From positions 3,224,001 to 3,288,000 of the forward strand of contig CM039005.1 of assembly GCA_017499595.2 (NCBI GenBank): a DNA stretch of 64,000 bases, read 5' to 3'. This document shows, in pieces, positions 14,576-25,360 of this stretch (positions are counted from its first letter, which is position 1; each line of letters begins with the position of its first letter). The notes under the pieces are model-generated. The model made no database searches and was not told where the DNA came from. It was given only the letters and a program-made list of their open reading frames with translations. The position numbers and the translations under genes were made by a program. This DNA comes from Psilocybe cubensis (Eukaryota).

Positions 14576-14686
14576 GGGGAGCGAGCACCGAGCGAAGCGA
14601 GGTGCGAGCGACTAGTTTAAACTGGGAGTTAAAATGGAAAGAAGCCAGAGGGCTGTTGATTGATATCAGCAGCCAGCCCTTTCGTC
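14576..14686 (-). mobile_element. About 110-bp 3'-terminal fragment of the Penelope-like element, truncated inside the hammerhead
   Basis: Diverged copy of 14747-14857, bounded by telomeric repeats on both sides. Confidence 0.8.
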
Positions 14687-14746
14687 TTAGGGTTTAGGGT
14701 GGGAGCGAGCACCGAGCTTAGGGTTTTAGGGTTTAGGGTTTAGGGG
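14687..14746 (+). repeat. Two telomeric tracts flanking a 17-bp element 3'-end stub (14701-14717)
   Basis: ttagggtttagggt-gggagcgagcaccgagc-ttagggttttagggtttagggtttaggg. Confidence 0.85.
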
Positions 14747-14812
14747 GGGAGCGAGCACCGAGCGAAGCGAGGTGCGAGCGACTAGTTTAAACTGGTGAGT
14801 TAAAATGAAAGA

Positions 14813-14877
14813 AGCCAGAGGGCTGTTGGGGGGTACCAACAACCAGCCCTTTCGTCTTTATAGACTCTTCAGTGGCT
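14813..14877 (-). ncRNA. Type I hammerhead ribozyme
   Basis: Minus strand reads AGCCA-CUGAAGA-GUC(uauaaa)GAC-GAAA-GGGCUG...CAGCCC-UC-UGGCU, giving stems I, II and III and the full core. Predicted cleavage after CUC, between 14818 and 14817. Confidence 0.9.
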
Positions 14878-15420
14878 ATTCTTAGAAGGAATGTTCTAGA
14901 CATCCGATGACAGCGCGTGAAGTGATGCTGCGCAGCTGTCATGTATCTTACCGACTATCACAAATCTGTCAATGTTTATTGTCAAGTTAGACAGGTTTCT
15001 GATGAACAGAGTGTCACGGGTCGATGTGGCACATGGTAACCTGTCAAAAGTGGATCCAACACTTTTGTTCTTTGACATCGTGGGTTATTGACTGTGATGT
15101 GAATCACATGGATATAGAATACTCTGGTTACGTGGCTCCGAGTAACCGCGACATGGGAATATTCACATGTCAAGAGTATAAATGGCTTACCTGGGTCCTT
15201 ACCTAACAATCAAACAATAGACTGATTGATTGTTGTGAATCTTAATTGGACAGTTCATGATCCGGTCCATCAAAAATGTTTCCACGGTACTAAGGAACTT
15301 TTCCCGAAGTACTAAGTAACTTTTCCCATGTACTAAATTAGATCCGGCCCTTCACAATCACATGCCGTTCGGAAGTTCACACGCCTACCTTACTTCCTAC
15401 TAAGGTTAGACTTAGTTAGC

Positions 15421-15489
15421 TTAGGGTTGGGGTTAGGTTAGGGTTTAGGGTTTAGGGTTTAGGGTTTAGGGTTTAGGGTTTAGGTTTAG
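15421..15489 (+). repeat. Telomeric-repeat tract internal to the element 3' UTR, (CCCUAAA)n in the RNA
   Basis: Same degenerate flanks as 31235-31289, but two 7-mers longer. Confidence 0.85.
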
Positions 15490-15605
15490 CTATTTAATCC
15501 AATGTGTTGCTTGTAAGTAGATGTTTGTTACTTTATAGCAAGGAATACTTACGGTTAGGGTTTTTTTTCCCCTAATGCTTTACGCCTTAAGCGCTAGTAT
15601 TCTTT

Positions 15606-17294
15606 TCATCGGTTGTAAGATTTGGATATTCTGCCGAATTCTGGATGTTCCCTCTCTTGTGAGATTGAACGTCTATGAAGTATTATCTCGTTATCGCTTT
15701 CGATACTTATCTGTTCAGCAGCTTCAACTAGAGCAGAATGATAAGTTTCATTAACGTTTTGAGTTTCGGGAACAACACCACCTTTTTCAGCGATGTCTTC
15801 ATCCAGTTTACGAAAGACTGTTTTCTTCCACACATTTGCAAGGTCGAAAAGATTAGTATTGCGCTTTCGCGATACTATCCAACGACTTCCGAGTAGTCCT
15901 ATCTTCCTCAAATCCGGTACGAACTCAGTTTCTCCGTCCACAAGGATCTGTGTGAACAGCTCCGGGCGAACATCATCGAGGTCGTGAACGTAATTTGGAT
16001 CTGGTTTGATAAGGGGTCTGGACGAGTCTGCACTATACAGACCTTTCTCGGCATGTTCATACCATGCCGACCAGTACTCGGTAACAGTTTTTCCAAGTTC
16101 AGCAGCTGAAAACCAATTCCATACCTGATCAAACCTGGTTTTAAGTACAAGAATGGATTCGTCGTGCTCTGCGACTCGTAAAGCGAATCGCTTTTCCCAA
16201 CGTTCTTGTATATTCTTCTTACACCAAGACATGACTAGGTTTTCGGGATAACCGCGCATCAAATAGAGAGCGTTAAGGTCTCTAATTGCTCCGATGTAGA
16301 TTTCCTTGGTACTACATAGCACGGCTAACCTGGATAACTCTCCAATGTAGACGCCACGTTTGACGTCCAAAGGATGATGTGATACCCATGGAACTCGTTC
16401 TCGGTTGTTTCCTGTCTTGACAAATGGCTTCCAATGAAGTTTTCCAGACTCCTTGAATATGAAAGCATCGAGAAATTGACATCCCGACAAGGAAACAGCC
16501 CATTCGATAACACAACCATCGAACTTTATTGTTTCTTTAATAAGATTAAGTGCAAGTGCTTCGGACTCGGCGTAAACAATTGCGAAACAATCGTCGATGT
16601 ACCTTCCATAGAAGGCCACGTTTGGGTGGTCTAAGATTTTTGACATTATTTCAAAATGGGCTCCAAAGAGGTTAGCAAGGTCCGGAGAATCCGCGACGCC
16701 CATTGCAAGGCCATTTTTTTGTCTAAAATATCTAGACCCATGTTGTGTTATCAATTGCGTATTGCCAATCTCGATAGCACGTTTAAAGATGCCCAATTTA
16801 ACCAAGTTATTCTCTAACGAATTTGGTTTAATATGGGCTAATGCAGTGTTTTCTTCCGAAGTGTTGAGTAACCATTCCTCGTACATACTACAAACGATTT
16901 CGATGCACGAGTCCAACGGGATATTGGGATAGAAAGCAACTACATCTCCAGTGACAAAATACCATTGTCTTTTGGAGTCTATACGCAATTGGCTTAATCT
17001 CGTAAAGAGATCCTTCGTTCCGTGTATGATTGAAGGAGTCGATTTAATAATCGGCTTAAGCTCTTTTGATACAAACTTGGCGGCGGGATTAAATACTACA
17101 GAGTGACACGGAATTATGGGCCTAAATCCAGTAGGTTTCTTATGGATTTTAGGTATACCATGAAATTGAGGATATTTGAACGATGATCCGTCTTCCGGTA
17201 CATTCGATAGAAAGAATCGAGACAACCCAAGTTCAAATAGAAACAGATGTTCATCTAAGCTTATTCCCCCCCAAAGGGGGGGCCTTCGTTGCAT
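15606..17294 (-). CDS. Penelope-like reverse transcriptase, N-terminally truncated; the first 13 codons come from the adjacent unit terminus
   Basis: FHGIPKIHKKP..RPII, VTGDVVAFYPNI, QKNGLAMGVADSPDLANLF, RYIDDCF, FLD, and thumb SHHP..KRGVYIGELSRL..RGYP. Confidence 0.88.
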   Translation of the reverse strand: MQRRPPLWGGISLDEHLFLFELGLSRFFLSNVPEDGSSFKYPQFHGIPKIHKKPTGFRPIIPCHSVVFNPAAKFVSKELKPIIKSTPSIIHGTKDLFTRLSQLRIDSKRQWYFVTGDVVAFYPNIPLDSCIEIVCSMYEEWLLNTSEENTALAHIKPNSLENNLVKLGIFKRAIEIGNTQLITQHGSRYFRQKNGLAMGVADSPDLANLFGAHFEIMSKILDHPNVAFYGRYIDDCFAIVYAESEALALNLIKETIKFDGCVIEWAVSLSGCQFLDAFIFKESGKLHWKPFVKTGNNRERVPWVSHHPLDVKRGVYIGELSRLAVLCSTKEIYIGAIRDLNALYLMRGYPENLVMSWCKKNIQERWEKRFALRVAEHDESILVLKTRFDQVWNWFSAAELGKTVTEYWSAWYEHAEKGLYSADSSRPLIKPDPNYVHDLDDVRPELFTQILVDGETEFVPDLRKIGLLGSRWIVSRKRNTNLFDLANVWKKTVFRKLDEDIAEKGGVVPETQNVNETYHSALVEAAEQISIESDNEIILHRRSISQEREHPEFGRISKSYNR

Positions 17295-18100
17295 TGGTCC
17301 TCCTGTTCAGAATTCCGAAAATCTGATGCCAGATTCGGATTCCTCGACCCCGAAAACCCCCAAATCCACTTTCAAAATATTTTATTTTGTACATACGGAG
17401 GTGCTACGTAATTAAATGTGTAATTTACGGAGGCCGGCCTCCATCTAAAAATAACTTTTGACAGGCACTGGAGGCCGGCCTCCGTCTAAAAATAAATTTT
17501 TGACAGGCACTGGAGGCCGGCCTCCCGCCTGTCTCCTGATGCCAGCGCTCGCTGTCCCAATGCCAGCGCTTGCCGTCCCGACACTTGCGCTCGCTGTCCC
17601 GACGCCTTTGCTCGCCGCTGCGTGTTATTGCGCCACCACCCCCGGGCCGCTTCTGCCGCCGCGGCCTCCACTGGACGCCTGTCGTTCAGCTGTCACCGCC
17701 TGTCGTTCAGCCGTCACCGCGTGTCATCCCGCCGTCACCGCGTGTCAACCCGCCGTCGCCGCCTGTTGTCCCGCCGTCACCGCGTGTCGTCCCGCCGTCA
17801 CCGCGTGTCGTCCCGCCGTCGCGTCTAATCGCCGCCCACCACGACACGCACTCTGCTGCGTGTCGTTGCACCGCCACCCTCGGGCCGTTTCTGCCGCCGC
17901 GGCCTCCACTCGTCGCCTGTTGCTGCCGCCGTGCCGCCTCCACTCGCCACCTGTCGTCCTGCCGCCGCCTCCACGCGCCGCCCACAACGACACGCACTCT
18001 GCTGCGTGTCGTTGCACCGCCACCCCCACGTAGCCGCACTCGCTGCCGCCACCGCCGCCGACACTCGACCCCCAGAGTCGCGTTGTTTGTCCTTGCTGTT
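17255..18100. repeat. Terminal module A: C7-AAA-G7 hairpin, three GGAGGCCGGCCTCC palindromes in 42-bp repeats, 21-bp GC-rich minisatellite; candidate transposon end
   Basis: Directly visible. Identical copies start at 34827 and 55172 and a paralogue at 27954. Element class unresolved. Confidence 0.75.
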
Positions 18101-18499
18101 GCCAAGGAAATTCAAACTCCGCAACGTTCACAAACAGTATAGCAAATCCGTTCCCCGACATCACACTTCCCCTTTAGCCGTCTCCACCCAGCTCCACCTC
18201 AAATACGACGATTCAAACGGAAGGGAAAAGAAGCTCAAAACGCTTAAGGAGTGTGGGGTACTTGGTGGATAGCGAATCAGGATCAATTGGGGAGGGGACG
18301 ATGGATTGAGATGTCCAGTGAGTGCTCTAATTTTCTCTCCACCGTTCTCTCATGGAAACACATGAACCACGACCACACTCTCCCCTCCCTCTTCCATTGC
18401 TTGCACCCAGCACCATCACGTTCCCACCCTTCACAGGCCCACGCAAACATGTTGTCTGACACCTTGGGCTTGGTGCGGATGGTGGTGGCCAGCGCAATA

Positions 18500-19640
18500 A
18501 CGAGAAAGAGAGGTTCAGGCGCCGGGAAATGGTCAAAATCGCCTGTTGGCGAGCTCTTCGCGTCATCCTCTTTGCCACAACATGGAATCTGGCCTCCAGC
18601 TCCGTCCTCCACGTCATCTATATCGCGCAAGCAGACGGAGGAGAGTATAAGTGTGGCGGATATGGACACGCATAGGCAGCGTGAGGCGCAGTGGATGGGG
18701 ATCCTGGCCTCGTCGTTGACTCTGTCGTTCGAAGCGCTGCCTCCGTCTGGGTCTGGTGCATCGCTTTCGTCATCTACGTCTTCGTCTGTGCTTGGGGTCT
18801 GCAACATCATTCAACCCTCCGTCTCTCATCGCATCTTCATCATCATCATCTTCTATCCGCCACCGGCGGTGCATCCTCGAATGCAAATGCGGATGCGGCA
18901 CTGAGGCGGTCGAAGAAAGTGAGGAGGTTGTTGTTGGACGGTGTGCCTTCGTCGGTGCGGTACCTCGTCTGGTCGTTTTTGACGGATGGGAAAGGGAGGT
19001 GTGTGCCGGGTGTGTATAGGCAGCTGTGTGCGCGGGGATGGGGTGGCGGGGCCCGCGCGGGTGAGAGGGGGGTTGAGAAGGAGAGGGTGAGAGAGGAGAC
19101 GGAGAGGGATGTGAGAGATGTTGTCAGGGTTTTGATTGGGGATGGTGGGGATTCCGATAGAGGTGTTGGTGTTGGTAAGGATGGGGATGGGGAGGGTGAT
19201 GGTGAAGATGGGGAGAGAAGAAGGGTTGAGAAGGAGAGGAGAGAGAGAGAGCGCAAGGCGCTTAGTTTGTTGCAGGCGTATTTGAACATGGTCCCTGATG
19301 TTGTATATGAGCGCGGTAAGTTTCTCCTTCCTTCCTTACTTTGTTTTTTTGATTGTGGATTGATAATTGTTGGGCGAAATGACAGGTCTGACGGAGATCG
19401 TTGCGCACCTCCTACTACTCGCACCGGAGGAAGACGCGTTTTGGATCTTTGTGTCGGTTTTGGATGCGCATCTTCGGCCGTATTTTGCGACGGGGCGGGT
19501 TGTGCTGTCTCCTGTGTCATCGTCTGGTTCTTCACCTTCGTTGGCGTCTCATACCGCAGCTTCAGGGGCAGAGACGACGACGACGCAGATGGAGGTTGAC
19601 GCGGGGTTGCTTGTTAAGGCGCTCGAAGCGAACAGGGGTT
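18500..19640 (+). pseudogene. Fragment of a Rab-GAP/TBC-domain gene (frameshifted, truncated, intron retained)
   Basis: DTHRQREAQWMGIL (one frame), RRSKKVRRLLLDGVPSSVRYLVWSFLT..LLQAYLNMVPDVVY (another frame), intron GTAAGT(19316)..GACAG, then LTEIVAHLLLLAPEEDAFWIFVSVLDAHLRPYF..MEVDAGLL. Confidence 0.8.
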
Positions 19641-22408
19641 CTGTTTTCGGGTCGTTTTGCAGGGTCCGATTTGGGATCTGCAATCTTCCTCCTCCGCTAA
19701 GCGAGATATTGGTGTATTTCTGTACACTGTATACCCCCTGTCGTCGTGCAGTGTGCTAATGAAATATAATTTCATTGTATTTGCTAAAGATCAGTTCACG
19801 ATAGACATGAAAAGACGAGTTTCGTGATAAACACTTTTGTTATCGATTCTGAAATCCAGGCAGCACAGAAAAGAAAAGTAATCGAAGGTTTACTCTCAGT
19901 GCAACTACACTCACAAAAATCAGAAGAGTAGATGCAAACTGCACCCACAGAATAGGAGACGAGCACAAAACAGCTACACCCATTGCAAAGCAGTCCAGTA
20001 TTCACGGCAAACTCGCCAAACCGCCTCTACGTGAACTCTCGAGCTCTAGCTTCAAAAATTTGCGTCTCAATTTTGGTACAGTCCTCAATTTTACGTTGCT
20101 TAATTAAGCTAACAAAATACGAAGCACCGAATTCCAGACGTTTTAAACTGCATTTCGGACGGAAGATGCAGATGGGGAGTTGTTGCATCGCAATGCAATA
20201 TATCCTGCCGTTTGTGAAATGTAAATGTGCATTTGCTACTTGGTGAGTTGCACTCCTCGATCTTTCTATTGTCGGGTCTTGGAGCTGACATATACTACAC
20301 TACTGTACTCTTCTAGGTGTTGTATTCGTACGTATTCTGTGTTCTAGTGTTCGTGTCGATTTGCGCATCCATCAGGATATTCCCTTTCAAACCCATCATC
20401 ATGACCTCTTGCTCCCCAACCCATGCCTACTCTTCCTCAAACGCACCACTCAATCTTCACCCCACAGCCAGTAGAATCCATACGTGTGTACATCGCCACG
20501 CATCCAATCTTCGTATAGATAATTGCGGGTGACAGTCACTTTAACAAGCAAAATGACATGGGATTATGCGAGTCGGCCTGCCTATGCACAATTCCTGTGG
20601 GGGTGCATGTCAGCGATGTTGAGCATCGCATGTCCAAGTCCTCAACCCTCTTCTAAACGGTTCTGGAATCTTCTCAGGAAGGGAGGTGATTGAGTAAGTA
20701 CAAGTTACATTTTTTAAAGGGTCCTGGAATGACGTCTAGATAGATGGCTGGATTGGATTGGACAAGGGTGATGGTAGTGACCACAACAGAGAACAGGGTA
20801 GAAAGGACGAACATTTGGGAATGGTGGTGACTAACCGTAGGCCGTTATTTGAGCTTATATTCACGGATGTCAGTTCTAGTCTGGATGCTGGATTGATTTG
20901 TCAACAACACATTTTCTGTACCTAATGCAGCTAATATCAAGCATCTTCCTGACTGCCAATTTATCAGACATTTTCACAAGCTATGTTTGTTGGCCTCGTC
21001 TTCACCTTGTGAACAAACACGTACTTCCCGTCGATTCCGAAGAGCGTAGACGTCGATAAAATCCTCTGCTTCCTGCTCAAGCTGGCGTTCGTGTTCACCC
21101 TCACCCTCTTCTTGTGCTCAGCGGGTTAGGTGGGTTAGCTTGTGTTGCTTACCCATACACTGTCTTCACCTCCGACAGTCTTCACGTCAACGCCCCCTCC
21201 TCATCAACCTACAGTTGCTGCAAAACAACAAGGACACCGTCAGCGACCTTTTTTTCGTATGACGAATCTCTCAGCATCCCTCATCAGCACCTCACGTCGC
21301 ATCCATGTACGCTGTCAGTAGCCGTCGCTCACCTTTTTGGATCAACGTGAGATGGGAATGCAAGTCTTGAGTGTTACATCGCGTCTGGTGTGTCTCTCAG
21401 TATGTCCAAGCGTCATCAGCGGCTCACTCACCGTGCATTCTCCAGCTACACTCGCATCGACGGGCCTGTGTTGTGTGCTGTCAGTACCCATCCTTGAGCA
21501 GAAACACCCAGCTCACCTTTTTGGATCAACACACCGGCCGTTACATGAGATGGGAATGCAAGTACAGGGGACAACTTGGTTCTAAGAAAAGAAGGCGGTG
21601 AGTACAGTTACACACATTGTTTGCATGCTTGGCCTCACTCACCGTGCATTCTCCAGCTACTCGCATAGACAGGACTGTGGTGTGCGCTGTCAGTAAAGTA
21701 TGCGCTCCGTCTGTATAGTTGCATTCAATGCACGTATTCACAGTCAATACTTATTCAAGTATTTAGTGTCATCTATCTACTATCCATATTCACATTCACG
21801 AACCGGCCAACTATGAACTCTACTCACCGCATCGCAATCTCTCAAGCACATTCCAAAACACCTACGCACACAATTACGCAAACTCGACTCGAGGAATAAT
21901 TACACTTACCACACGGCAAACTCGTTCACGTACATAGGACCCTCTCATTCGTCTTCGTTCAACCGTATCCATCTTTTGAACAACAGTGCAAATATCTGCC
22001 GTTATTCTATTTAGAGGCTAGACTAGAACACGGGACCGGAACAGAAACTTGGGAAATGCGATTGGAATTGAATGGAGTCAAGTTTTGGGCAAGGAAGAGC
22101 AAGTCCGGATGAGATAGGAGTTGTTTGGATGGCTCGGAAGGTTGTGCTGGGTAGACAAGTCTAAAAAATAAGTGTCCAATGAATATGAGTATGATACTAC
22201 TCTCAAAAACCTGTTTCACAGCATTCAAGTGTTTCTTTTAATATTGTGCTTGATTACAGGCACTTATTCATATGCAAAGTTGACTCGAACATTCAAGGTT
22301 GTTTCCTCAAACATTACTCGATTACTGGGCATCGTACAGGGACTACAAAACACCCGCAAATGATGTATTCCAGGGACAGACGTCAATTTGAGAGTGAGGA
22401 CTAATTCA

Positions 22409-22642
22409 TCACCATACAATTATAACAACACAATGTAACGCCAACACCACAAAGCACATATTAGCCTTGGTTAGGGTTAGGGATTAGGGTTGGTGATGAC
22501 CACAAAAATACAGATTAGGATGGTTTAGGGTTTAGGTTTTAGGGTTGGTTGGGATTTGATAATACCATAAAAGCACAGATTAGGCTGGTTAGGGTTGGTT
22601 AGGGTTGGTAAATACAAATATATGTAGCAGGTTAGGGTTGGT
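22409..22642 (+). repeat. Degenerate ~60-bp tandem repeat containing TTAGGG-type motifs
   Basis: Three variants of aaagcacagattaggctggttagggttgg. Copies start at 39981 and 60326. Confidence 0.7.
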
Positions 22643-22999
22643 GTGTACTATGTACCAATGTATCCACAATTTTTGACATGTCCGACTTTCCTCAACACCG
22701 CAAAACTTAATTTTCACATTCAATCAAGTACTATAAATACTATTCTATCTATTCAGTGCTTCAAACTTACCACAGAATGTTGCAGACAATGAAAATGTGG
22801 GATATACGCAATTTGAAGACCCGGCACAAATATTTCAAAAGTATCGCCATTTCCTCATCACAACGCACTGCCACCTCTTCAACTACGCATTCCATTATCT
22901 TCAAACGCACCTAAACACAATACTTTGCCGCAATGATGCTGTGAGCCGAAGGAAAATTAGCACCACATACATCTCCTCCTCCCCCAAGTCACGAAATTA

Positions 23000-25360
23000 C
23001 GCAATTTCAAACATTTGCTGCATCTAACTGACATTTAAACATTGCATAAATGAGACGGGTACCTCCGAAGGCAAGATGTAAAGAAGCTGGATGCAAGTCA
23101 ATCGAAGTTGAACATGTATAAAAACATTACATTCCGTTTAGACGCACCTGGGCACAAAACGAGGAAATCTGGGTCTGCCATGAGGATCATGAATAAAATG
23201 AAGTTATACATTGGAGGAGATTATGTGAGATAAGATAAACGAGTCACTCACACGGCATCCAGATGAAAATTGGGACTGGCATTCGTTAAGCGCCCAAAAC
23301 GTCTCCAAGACGATACTTTCATATATTTAACACATAGCATCTCTATTTCCCCAAAATCAGTGACAAAGCAGTGCATTAGGAAGGGCAGAGGGATACATAC
23401 ATGATATACAGAGCTACAAGCCAGCTCCATGAACTTTGCAAGGAGGATGATGAGATCAGCGGATGCATGTCATCCGGTCTACTCCTCCAGCGCCAATTCC
23501 GCGTTTCTAGTGAAAAAAACACCGTTTCCTCGCATCTCGGGCAGTAATCACGTCATGCTGTCGTCAATAGACAAATGCCGTGAATATTCATACGAGATTG
23601 ACGGAGACATGTTGATTGCAAGAATAGACTGAACTCAAGGTACGTGAGACACATACCTCTCAGTTCCTCTCGGTTCTCAACCTTAATCGTGGTTATGTAC
23701 CGTATTGCATGAATAGGACGCAATATACCAAAGTCTCCTTGTGAGCGATGGGTATAGAGTAGAGAGTGTCTTTTGCTAAGCCACACAAAGCGTTCATTGT
23801 TACTGAATTATACACTGATATTAAAGTTTTAAATGGGCTTTTGTTAGGTCAAGCGTCATCCATAGAAATGAGATATGCACTGGCTGACTCTTGAGCCACT
23901 GAGCTCACCGTTGCGCGCTTCGATGCTCTTTATTTCTTTGAACAATCAAAGGTACTTCCTGAAAAACTGATTAAAACAACTATTTTTGACTGTTTCACAG
24001 TGTTTATAATATATTCAAGCACTTCAGGAGTACGGTTGCAAAACGACAGGGAGAGTGGGCTCTAGGTGAGTCTTTCAAGTTCCACTTTTGACCGCTCCCG
24101 CCCAGGAATCGTCTTCTAAGCATCCATTCGGAGTGGGGAACTGATATTACTCGCTATTCTTTCTCTCCTAGATGAAGGACTCCTTTTGAGCTGTCGTGCG
24201 CTGGTTGCAACTCACTGACGTTCTCGTCCTGGCCTTCGAAGATGATATGGGTGTTCTGTATGTCAACATTGTTCTGACAGTCTGAAATTGCGCTGGAAAT
24301 TCGAGTTGAACTGCGAAGCAATGAGCGGGTGTCAGCACAAATGCATTATCAAGGGGATGTAACTCACCGTCGCAGCCCACCACAGTTGAACACCTCGTCA
24401 GAACCATTGTCAACGGGACAATCAACATCACGGCTCACCGTTCGGTCAACATTCTGGGTGCCGCGCGGGTGCCGTGTTTGTCTTTGGGAGGAAAACTGTG
24501 CAACGGAAAAGGCGGAGTCAGTACGAGTGCGTCCATGAAGGGTTACAGCTCACCGTGGAGGTCACTCTGCGTTGTCATGACCTGCGGGGCACGTCGTCAC
24601 TGCCGTTGTTGACAAGAAAGGCAGAAACTCAACTTACCAGATGCCATTGACTCCACCAACGACGAGGGATCACCGACTGCCGACAAGGTGGGGGTGGACA
24701 TGACTCGAGCATGTCGTTGACGTGCTGGTGTTACGTGGCTGCGATTGGAAGGCGTCAGCAACATCCCGCCGTCAAGAAAGCACCGCTCACCATATCAAGA
24801 CTGGACACCGAGTCCTTGTCATTGTCATCAGTGCTGCCATTGACAGAGTACTGCGGCTTACCATTGGTTTCAACATTCTGGGCGTCGTCTGCCTGTCGTG
24901 CACGTCTTGCGAGGTGGAAATGCGCATCGTCAACGCTGCTCTCGATAGATACCGTCGGGCCCACAACACGGACATGCCATTCAATGCGCACAGTACTCAC
25001 CGCGCCGTTGTGTTGGGATGCCAGAGCGTTAGGGTCGTTCTGTCCAGGTGCGTCGTCCGCATTCTAGAAAGCACTACACGGTAAAGAGGGGTCAGTCCCG
25101 GCGTTTCAGAAGGGATACACCTCACCGTCGTGTCGCGCTCCATTCTGCATCCTCAAGTCTGTCAAACACACCGTCAGCGCCGTTGTTGACAGCAGACACA
25201 ACAGCCCGCTTACCATTCCCAAGCAGCCGCCATGCGAATCCACAAACAATGGGGGGAAGAATTGGAAAGAGGCCAAGGCTGAGGAGGCAGAGAAGAGGAG
25301 GGGATGAGGCTTGAGGGGAATGAAGAAATCCAGCAAGGTGCGTGGTCTTTATATACCCGT
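23000..25360 (-). pseudogene. Probable intron-rich gene or gene relic, product unknown
   Basis: Closely spaced minus-strand GTGAG/GTAAG donors (e.g. 25213, 25125, 25000, 24861, 24367, 23251) and TATATAAAG at 25355-25347. No recognisable domain. Confidence 0.35.

Larger units (their letters stand above)
14747..17254 (-). mobile_element. Endonuclease-deficient Penelope-like retroelement (Coprina/Athena type), copy 1, 5'-truncated
   Basis: Penelope-type RT with no GIY-YIG domain. The 3' end abuts telomeric repeats and the 5' end points to the chromosome end. Confidence 0.88.

Noticed and set aside
14990-15048. CTGATGA inside a stem-loop on the + strand, possible second hammerhead
   Set aside because: No GAAA core element after the putative stem II; only a generic hairpin in the 3' UTR.
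17428-17530. Spaced palindromic repeats resembling a CRISPR array
   Set aside because: The spacers are near-identical rather than unique, there are no cas genes, and the context is eukaryotic.
17458-18164. Many overlapping 100-330 aa ORFs over the GC-rich modules (also 28189-29655 and their copies)
   Set aside because: They are open on both strands and in several frames because the 21-bp repeat lacks stops; no protein-like features.
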